Positions 54,771 to 64,000 of a stretch of 64,000 nt of DNA are shown here, one piece after another (within the stretch, counting starts at the first letter, position 1; each line of letters starts with the position of its first letter). The position numbers were made by a program, and so were the translations under genes. Location of the stretch: the NCBI GenBank assembly GCA_964016885.1, contig OZ024745.1:59396001-59460000 (forward strand). The letters are read 5' to 3'. Below the pieces are notes generated by a model that was not told the origin of the DNA, did not search any database, and saw nothing but the letters and a program-made list of their open reading frames with translations. This DNA is from Eledone cirrhosa. Lineage: Eukaryota.

Positions 54771-57700
54771 GAACCTCGACTTGGAGTGAAAACCTCGCTT
54801 TGGAGTGAAAACCTCGACTTGGAGTGAAAACCTCGCTTTGGAGTGAAAACCTCGACTTGGAGTGAAAACCTCGACTTGGAGTGAGAACCTCGACTTGGAG
54901 TGAAAACCTCGACTTGGAGTGAGAACCTCGACTTGGAGTGAGAACCTCGACTTGGAGTGAGAACCTCGACTTGGAGTGAAAACCTCGACTTGGAGTGAAA
55001 ACCTCGACATGGAGTGAGAACCTCGACTTGGAGTGAGAACCTCGACATGGAGTGAAAACCGCGACTTGGAGTGAGAACCTCGACTTGGAGTGAAAACCTC
55101 GACTTGGAGTGAGAACCTCGACTTGGAGTGAGAACCTCGACTTGGAGTGAGAACCTCGACTTGGAGTGAGAACCTCGACTTGGAGTGAGAACCTCGACTT
55201 GGAGTGAGAATCTCGACTTGGAGTGAGAACCTCGACTTGGAGTGAAAACCGCGACTTGGAGTGAAAACCTCGACTTGGAGTGAAAACCTCGACTTGGAGT
55301 GAAAACCTCGACTTGGAGTGACAACCTCGACTTGGAGTGAAAACCTCGACTTGGAGTGAAAACCCCGACTTGGAGTGAAAACCTCGACTTGGAGTGAGAA
55401 CCTCGACTTGGAGTGAAAACCTCGACTTGGAGTGAGAACCTCGACTTGGAGTGAGAACCTCGACTTGGAGTGAAAACCGCGACTTGGAGTGAGAACCTCG
55501 ACTTGGAGTGAAAACCGCGACTTGGAGTGAGAACCTCGACTTGGAGTGAAAACCTCGACTTGGAGTGAGAACCTCGACTTGGAGTGAGAACCTCGACTTG
55601 GAGTGAGAACCTCGACTTGGAGTGAAAACCTCGACTTGGAGTGAGAACCTCGACTTGGAGTGAGAACCTCGACTTGGAGTGAAAACCGCGACTTGGAGTG
55701 AAAACCTCGACTTGGAGTGAAAACCTCGACTTGGAGTGAAAACCTCGACTTGGAGTGAAAACCCCGACTTGGAGTGAAAACCTCGACTTGGAGTGAGAAC
55801 CTCGACTTGGAGTGAAAACCTCGACTTGGAGTGAGAACCTCGACTTGGAGTGAGAACCTCGACTTGGAGTGAAAACCTCGACTTGGAGTGAGAACCTCGA
55901 CTTGGAGTGAAAACCTCGACTTTGAGTGAGAACCTCGCCTTGGAGTGAAAACCTCGACTTGGAGTGAAAACCTCGACTTGGAATGAGAACCTCGACTTGG
56001 AGTGAAAACCTCGACTTGGAGTGAGAACCTCGACTTGGAGTGAAAACCTCGACTTGGAGTGAGAACCTCGACTTGGAGTGAAAACCTCGCTTTGGAGTGA
56101 AAACCTCGACTTGGAGTGAAAACCTCGACTTGGAGTGAAAACCTCGCTTTGGAGTGAAAACCTCGACTTGGAGTGAAAACCTCGACTTGGAGTGAAAACC
56201 TCGACTTGGAGTGAGAACCTCGACTTGGAGTGAGAACCTCGACTTGGAGTGAGAACCTCGACTTGGAGTGAAAACCTCGACATGGAGTGAGAACCTCGAC
56301 TTGGAGTGAGAACCTCGACATGGAGTGAGAACCTCGACTTGGAGTGAGAACCTCGACATGGAGTGAAAACCGCGACTTGGAGTGAGAACCTCGACTTGGA
56401 GTGAGAACCTCGACTTGGAGTGAGAACCTCGACTTGGAGTGAGAACCTCGACTTGGAGTGAGAACCTCGACTTGGAGTGAGAACCTCGACTTGGAGTGAG
56501 AACCTCGACTTGGAGTGAAAACCTCGACATGGAGTGAAAACCTCGACTTGGAGTGAAAACCTCGACATGGAGTGAGAACCTCGACTTGGAGTGAGAACCT
56601 CGACATGGAGTGAAAACCGCGACTTGGAGTGAGAACCTCGACTTGGAGTGAAAACCTCGACTTGGAGTGAAAACCTCGACTTGGAGTGAGAACCTCGACT
56701 TGGAGTGAAAACCTCGACTTGGAGTGAGAACCTCGCCTTGGAGTGAAAACCTCGACTTTGAGTGAGAACCTCGATTGGAGTGAAAACCTCGACTTGGAGT
56801 GAAAACCTCGACTTGGAGTGAGAACCTCGACTTGGAGTCAAAACCTCGACTTGGAGTGAAAACCTCGACTTGGAGTGAAAACCCCGACTTGGAGTGAAAA
56901 CCTCGACTTGGAGTGAGAACCTCGACTTGGAGTGAAAACCTCGACTTGGAGTGAGAACCTCGACTTGGAGTGAAAACCTCGACTTGGAGTGAGAACCTCG
57001 ACTTGGAGTGAGAACCTCGACTTGGAGTGAAAACCTCGACTTGGAGTGAGAACCTCGACTTGGAGTGAAAATCTCGACTTTGAGTGAGAACCTCGCCTTG
57101 GAGTGAAAACCTCGACTTGGAGTGAAAACCTCGACTTGGAATGAGAACCTCGACTTGGAGTGAAAACCTCGACTTGGAGTGAGAACCTCGACTTGGAGTG
57201 AAAACCTCGACTTGGAGTGAGAACCTCGACTTGGAGTGAAAACCTCGCTTTGGAGTGAAAACCTCGACTTGGAGTGAAAACCTCGCTTTGGAGTGAAAAC
57301 CTCGACTTGGAGTGAAAACCTCGACTTGGAGTGAGAACCTCGACTTGGAGTGAAAACCTCGACTTGGAGTGAGAACCTCGACTTGGAGTGAGAACCTCGA
57401 CTTGGAGTGAGAACCTCGACTTGGAGTGAAAACCTCGACTTGGAGTGAAAACCTCGACATGGAGTGAGAACCTCGACTTGGAGTGAGAACCTCGACATGG
57501 AGTGAAAACCGCGACTTGGAGTGAGAACCTCGACTTGGAGTGAAAACCTCGACTTGGAGTGAGAACCTCGACTTGGAGTGAGAACCTCGACTTGGAGTGA
57601 GAACCTCGACTTGGAGTGAGAACCTCGACTTGGAGTGAGAACCTCGACTTGGAGTGAGAACCTCGACTTGGAGTGAGAACCTCGACTTGGAGTGAAAACC

Positions 57701-60700
57701 TCGACTTGGAGTGAAAACCTCGACTTGGAGTGAAAACCTCGACTTGGAGTGAAAACCTCGACTTGGAGTGAAAACCTCGACTTGGAGTGAACCTCGACTT
57801 GGAGTGAAAACCCCGACTTGGAGTGAAAACCTCGACTTGGAGTGAAAACCTCGACTTGGAGTGAGAACCTCGACTTGGAGTGAGAACCTCGACTTGGAGT
57901 GAAAACCGCGACTTGGAGTGAGAACCTCGACTTGGAGTGAAAACCTCGACTTGGAGTGAGAACCTCGACTTGGAGTGAAAACCTCGACTTGGAGTGAAAA
58001 CCTCGACTTGGAGTGAGAACCTCGACTTGGAGTGAGAACCTCGACTTGGAGTGAGAACCTCGACTTGGAGTGAAAACCTCGACTTGGAGTGAAAACCTCG
58101 ACTTGGAGTGAGAACCTCGACTTGGAGTGAAAACCGCGACTTGGAGTGAAAACCTCGACTTGGAGTGAAAACCTCGACTTGGAGTGAAAACCTCGACTTG
58201 GAGTGAAAACCTCGACTTGGAGTGAAAACCTCGACTTGGAGTGAAAACCTCGACTTGGAGTGAGAACCTCGACTTGGAGTGAAAACCTCGACTTTGAGTG
58301 AAAACCTCGCCTTGGAGTGAAAACCTCGACTTGGAGTGAAAACCTCGACTTGGAGTGAGAACCTCGACTTGGAGTGAAAACCTCGACTTGGAGTGAGAAC
58401 CTCGACTTGGAGTGAGAACCTCGACTTGGAGTGAAAACCTCGACTTGGAGTGAGAACCTCGACTTGGAGTGAAAACCTCGACTTGGAGTGAAAACCTCGA
58501 CTTGGAGTGAGAACCTCGACTTGGAGTGAAAACCTCGACTTGGAGTGAAAACCTCGACTTGGAGTGAAAACCTCGACTTGGAGTGAAAACCTCGACTTGG
58601 AGTGAGAACCTCGACTTGGAGTGAAAACCTCGACTTGGAGTGAGAACCTCGACTTGGAGTGAGAACCTCGACTTGGAGTGAAAACCTCGACATGGAGTGA
58701 AAACCTCGACTTGGAGTGAAAACCTCGACATGGAGTGAGAACCTCGACTTGGAGTGAGAACCTCGACATGGAGTGAAAACCGCGACTTGGAGTGAGAACC
58801 TCGACTTGGAGTGAAAACCTCGACTTGGAGTGAAAACCTCGACTTGGAGTGAGAACCTCGACTTGGAGTGAAAACCTCGACTTGGAGTGAGAACCTCGCC
58901 TTGGAGTGAAAACCTCGACTTTGAGTGAGAACCTCGATTGGAGTGAAAACCTCGACTTGGAGTGAAAACCTCGACTTGGAGTGAGAACCTCGACTTGGAG
59001 TCAAAACCTCGACTTGGAGTGAAAACCTCGACTTGGAGTGAAAACCCAGACTTGGAGTGAAAACCTCGACTTGGAGTGAGAACCTCGACTTGGAGTGAAA
59101 ACCTCGACTTGGAGTGAGAACCTCGACTTGGAGTGAGAACCTCGACTTGGAGTGAAAACCTCGACTTGGAGTGAGAACCTCGACTTGGAGTGAAAATCTC
59201 GACTTTGAGTGAGAACCTCGCCTTGGAGTGAAAACCTCGACTTGGAGTGAAAACCTCGACTTGGAATGAGAACCTCGACTTGGAGTGAAAACCTCGACTT
59301 GGAGTGAGAACCTCGACTTGGAGTGAAAACCTCGACTTGGAGTGAGAACCTCGACTTGGAGTGAAAACCTCGCTTTGGAGTGAAAACCTCGACTTGGAGT
59401 GAAAACCTCGCTTTGGAGTGAAAACCTCGACTTGGAGTGAAAACCTCGACTTGGAGTGAGAACCTCGACTTGGAGTGAAAACCTCGACTTGGAGTGAGAA
59501 CCTCGACTTGGAGTGAGAACCTCGACTTGGAGTGAGAACCTCGACTTGGAGTGAAAACCTCGACTTGGAGTGAAAACCTCGACATGGAGTGAGAACCTCG
59601 ACTTGGAGTGAGAACCTCGACATGGAGTGAAAACCGCGACTTGGAGTGAGAACCTCGACTTGGAGTGAAAACCTCGACTTGGAGTGAGAACCTCGACTTG
59701 GAGTGAGAACCTCGACTTGGAGTGAGAACCTCGACTTGGAGTGAGAACCTCGACTTGGAGTGAGAACCTCGACTTGGAGTGAGAACCTCGACTTGGAGTG
59801 AGAACCTCGACTTGGAGTGAAAACCTCGACTTGGAGTGAAAACCTCGACTTGGAGTGAAAACCTCGACTTGGAGTGAAAACCTCGACTTGGAGTGAAAAC
59901 CTCGACTTGGAGTGAAAACCTCGACTTGGAGTGAAAACCCCGACTTGGAGTGAAAACCTCGACTTGGAGTGAAAACCTCGACTCGGAGTGAGAACCTCGA
60001 CTTGGAGTGAGAACCTCGACTTGGAGTGAAAACCGCGACTTGGAGTGAGAACCTCGACTTGGAGTGAAAACCTCGACTTGGAGTGAGAACCTCGACTTGG
60101 AGTGAAAACCTCGACTTGGAGTGAAAACCTCGACTTGGAGTGAGAACCTCGACTTGGAGTGAGAACCTCGACTTGGAGTGAGAACCTCGACTTGGAGTGA
60201 AAACCTCGACTTGGAGTGAAAACCTCGACTTGGAGTGAGAACCTCGACTTGGAGTGAAAACCGCGACTTGGAGTGAAAACCTCGACTTGGAGTGAAAACC
60301 TCGACTTGGAGTGAAAACCTCGACTTGGAGTGAAAACCTCGACTTGGAGTGAAAACCTCGACTTGGAGTGAAAACCTCGACTTGGAGTGAGAACCTCGAC
60401 TTGGAGTGAAAACCTCGACTTTGAGTGAAAACCTCGCCTTGGAGTGAAAACCTCGACTTGGAGTGAAAACCTCGACTTGGAGTGAGAACCTCGACTTGGA
60501 GTGAAAACCTCGACTTGGAGTGAGAACCTCGACTTGGAGTGAAAACCTCGACTTGGAGTGAAAACCTCGACTTGGAGTGAAAACCTCGACTTGGAGTGAA
60601 AACCTCGACTTGGAGTGAGAACCTCGACTTGGAGTGAAAACCTCGCTTTGGAGTGAAAACCTCGACTTGGAGTGAAAACCTCGACTTGGAGTGAGAACCT

Positions 60701-61049
60701 CGACTTGGAGTGAAAACCTCGACTTGGAGTGAGAACCTCGACTTGGAGTGGGAACCTCGACTTGGAGTGAAAACCTCGACATGGAGTGAAAACCTCGACT
60801 TGGAGTGAAAACCTCGACATGGAGTGAGAACCTCGACTTGGAGTGAGAACCTCGACATGGAGTGAAAACCTCGACTTGGAGTGAAAACCTCGACTTGGAG
60901 TGAAAACCTCGACTTGGAGTGAGAACCTCGACTTGGAGTGAAAACCTCGACTTGGAGTGAGAACCTCGCCTTGGAGTGAAAACCTCGACTTTGAGTGAGA
61001 ACCTCGATTGGAGTGAAAACCTCGACTTGGAGTGAAAACCTCGACTTGG

Positions 61050-64000
61050 AGTGAGAACCTCGACTTGGAGTGAAAACCTCGGCTTGGAGTGAAAACCTCG
61101 ACTTGGAGTGAAAACCTCGACTTGGAGTGAGAACCTCGACTTGGAGTGAAAACCTCGACTTGGAGTGAGAACCTCGACTTGGAGTGAGAACCTCGACTTG
61201 GAGTGAAAACCTCGACTTGGAGTGAAAACCTCGACTTGGAGTGAGAACCTCGACTTGGAGTGAGAACCTCGACTTGGAGTGAAAACCTCGACTTGGAGTG
61301 AGAACCTCGACTTGGAGTGAGAACCTCGACTTGGAGTGAAAACCTCGACTTGGAGTGAGAACCTCGACTTGGAGTGAAAACCTCGACTTGGAGTGAGAAC
61401 CTCGACTTGGAGTGAAAACCTCGACTTGAAGTGAGAACCTCGACTTGGAGTGAAAACCTCGACTTGGAGTGAGAACCTCGACTTGGAGTGAAAACCTCGA
61501 CTTGGAGTGAGAACCTCGACTTGGAGTGAGAACCTCGACTTGGAGTGAAAACCTCGACTTGGAGTGAGAACCTCGACTTGGAGTGAAAACCTCGACTTGG
61601 AGTGAGAACCTCGCCTTGGAGTGAAAACCTCGACTTGGAGTGAAAACCTCGACTTGGAGTGAAAACCTCGACTTGGAGTGAAAACCTCGACTTGGAGTGA
61701 AAACCTCGACTTGGAGTGAAAACCTCGACTTGGAGTGAAAACCTCGATTTGGAGTGAAAACCTCGACTTGGAGTGAGAACCTCGATTTGGAGTGAAAACC
61801 TCGACTTGGAGTGAGAACCTCGATTTGGAGTGAGAACCTCGACTTGGAGTGAGAACCTCGACTTGGAGTGAGAACCTCGACGTGGAGTGAGAACCTCGAC
61901 TTGGAGTGAAAACCTCGACTTGGAGTGAGAACCTCGACTTGGAGTGAAAACCTCGACTTGGAGTGAGAACCTCGCCTTGGAGTGAAAACCTCGACTTGGA
62001 GTGAGAACCTCGCCTTGGAGTGAGAACCTCGACTTGGAGTGAAAACCTCGACTTGGAGTGAGAACCTCGACTTGGAGTGAAAACCTCGACTTGGAGTGAG
62101 AACCTCGACTTGGAGTGAGAACCTCGACTTGGAGTGAGAACCTCGACTTGGGGTGAGAACCTCGACTTGGAGTGAAAACCTCGACTTGGAGTGAAAACCT
62201 CGACTTGGAGTGAAAACCTCGACTTGGAGTGAAAACCTCGACTTGGAGTGAAAACCTCGACTTGGAGTGAGAACCTCGACTTGGAGTGAAAACCTCGACT
62301 TGGAGTGAAAACCTCGACTTGGAGTGAAAACCTCGACTTGGAGTGAGAACCTCGACTTGGAGTGACAACCTCGACTTGGAGTGAAAACCTCGACTTGGAG
62401 TGAGAACCTCGACTTGGAGTGAGAACCTCGACTTGGAGTGAAAACCTCGACTTGGAGTGAGAACCTCGACTTGGAGTGAGAACCTCGACTTGGAGTGAAA
62501 ACCTCGACTTGGAGTGAGAACCTCGACTTGGAGTGAGAACCTCGACTTGGAGTGAGAACCTCGACTTGGAGTGAGAACCTCGACTTGGGGTGAAAACCTC
62601 GACTTGGAGTGAGAACCTCGACTTGGAGTGAAAACCTCGACTTGGAGTGAAAACCCCGACTTGGAGTGAGAACCCCGACTTGGAGTGAGAACCCCGACTT
62701 GGAGTGAAAACCTCGACTTGGAGTGAGAACCTCGACTTGGAGTGAGAACCTCGACTTGGAGTGAGAACCTCGACTTGGAGTGAGAACCTCGACTTGGAGT
62801 GAGAACCTCGACTTGGAGTGAAAACCTCGACTTGGAGTGAAAACCTCGACTTGGAGTGAAAACCTCGACTTGGAGTGAGAACCTCGACTTGGAGTGAAAA
62901 CCTCGACTTGGAGTGAGAACCTCGACTTGGAGTGAAAACCTCGACTTGGAGTGAGAACCTCGACTTGGAGTGAAAACCTCGACTTGGAGTGAGAACCTCG
63001 CCTTGGAGTGAAAACATCGACTTGGAGTGAAAACCTCGCCTTGGAGTGAAAACCTCGACTTGGAGTGAAAATCTCGACTTGGAGTGAAAACATCGACTTG
63101 GAGTGAAAACCTCGACTTGGAGTGAAAACCTCGACTTGGAGTGAAAACCTCGACTTGGAGTGAAAACCTCGACTTGGAGTGAAAACCTCGACGTGGAGTG
63201 AAAACCTCGACTTGGAGTGAAAACCTCGACTTGGAGTCAAAACCTCGACTTGGAGTCAAAACCTCGACTTGGAGTGAAAACCTCGACTTGGAGTGAAAAC
63301 CTCGACTTGGAGTGAAAACCTCGACTTGGAGTGAGAACCTCGACTTGGAGTGAAAACCTCGATTTGAAGTGAAAACCTCGACTTGGAGTGAAAACCTCGA
63401 CTTGGAGTGAAAACCTCGACATGGAGTGAAAACCTCGACTTGGAGTGAAAACCTCGACATGGAGTGAAAACCTCGACTTGCAGTGAAAACCTCGACTTGG
63501 AGTGAAAACCTCGACTTGCAGTGAAAACCTCGACTTGCAGTGAAAACCTCGACTTGGAGTGAAAACCTCGACTTGGAGTGAGAACCTCGACTTGGAGTGA
63601 AAACCTCGACTTGGAGTGAGAACCTCGACTTGGAGTGAGAACCTCGACTTGGAGTGAAAACCTCGACTTGGAGTGAAAACCTCGACTTGGAGTGAAAACC
63701 TCGACTTGGAGTGAAAACCTCGACTTGGAGTGAAAACCTCGGCTTGGAGTGAAAACCTCGACTTGGAGTGAAAACCTCGGCTTGGAGTGAAAACCTCGAT
63801 TTGGAGTGAAAACCTAGACTTGGAGTGAAAACCTCGATTTGGAGTGAAAACCTAGACTTGGAGTGAAAACCTCGATTTGGAGTGAAAACCTAGACTTGGA
63901 GTGAAAACCTCGATTTGGAGTGAGAACCTCGAGTTGGAGTGAGAACCTCGACTTGGAGTGAAAACCTCGACTTGGAGTGAGAACCTCGACTTGGAGTGAA
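61050..64000. repeat. Satellite domain D: same monomer with a different variant set, not showing the domain C higher-order pattern
   Basis: The GCTTT pairs, GGAATG and 18-bp markers stop. TTGAAG (~61427, ~63364), GACGTGG (~61880, ~63190), AACATCGAC (~63013, ~63090) and TTGCAG (63478-63540) appear. Confidence 0.6.

Larger units (their letters stand above)
32700..61050. repeat. Satellite domain C (variant-defined, approximate bounds), variable-length higher-order repeat
   Basis: Marked by GACATGG, CTCGCTTTGG pairs, GGAATG, GAGTCAAAA, AAAACCGCG, AAAACCCCG and an 18-bp GATTGG monomer at 37341, 42584, 45984, 50049, 54304, 56773, 58936 and 61006. Confidence 0.8.
1..64000. repeat. Tandem satellite array, 19-bp monomer A[A/G]AACCTCGACTTGGAGTG, ~3,369 head-to-tail copies, extending past both window edges
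   Basis: CCTCGACTTGGAGTG recurs every 19 bp from base 1 to 64000. Register check: a monomer starts at position 0 and another at 63961, which is 3367x19 minus 12, and the observed deletions total 12 bp. Confidence 0.99.

Noticed and set aside
6471-63460. All listed minus-strand ORFs (61-4448 aa) as protein-coding genes
   Set aside because: They overlap in all three frames with the same periodic peptide. Starts and stops come from sporadic variant monomers, there is no non-repetitive domain, and the DNA period is 19 bp rather than codon-based.
1-64000. CRISPR array (GTGAAAAC resembles some repeat ends; weak dyad)
   Set aside because: No spacers, leader or cas genes. Monomers abut directly.
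1-64000. Telomerase-synthesised long telomeric repeat with two template variants
   Set aside because: Kb-scale blocks reproduce the exact A/G order and rare variants, which indicates DNA-level duplication rather than de novo templated addition. There is no G-tract-rich strand and no array end in view. A subtelomeric location is not excluded.
1-64000. Satellite-encoded hammerhead ribozyme (GAAA motif)
   Set aside because: The CUGANGA core is absent on both strands, and the monomer is too short for a three-stem junction.
1-64000. Rolling-circle, synthetic or sequencing concatemer artefact
   Set aside because: Variants are hierarchically shared, domain-structured and nearly indel-free, as expected for an evolved array rather than random error. 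Individual duplications still need read support.
1-64000. A/G string as a functional information code
   Set aside because: The pattern is explained by nested duplications. I see no fixed word length or framing by eye.
1-64000. Embedded transposon, unique island or strand inversion
   Set aside because: None seen on reading, and the 19-bp register is fully accounted for by 12 bp of small deletions.

Overview
The whole 64-kb window is one uninterrupted head-to-tail satellite array of a 19-bp monomer, consensus A[A/G]AACCTCGACTTGGAGTG, with about 3,369 copies in a single orientation. I see no unique sequence, gene, transposon, spacer or inversion. All supplied ORFs are by-products of the repeat: the minus-strand monomer has no stop triplet and 19 is not divisible by 3, so every frame gives the same 19-aa periodic peptide. 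The informative structure lies in the variants: one common A/G dimorphic site, only 11 length-variant monomers (12 bp deleted in total, matching the end-to-end register shift), variant-defined domains, and nested recent duplications from 38 bp to 5.2 kb. The monomer can also be drawn as a degenerate hairpin with a GNRA loop whose R position is the dimorphic site. The array is most consistent with eukaryotic heterochromatic or centromeric-type satellite DNA. I cannot identify the organism or family, and the sequence gives no firm evidence for a new protein-coding system.
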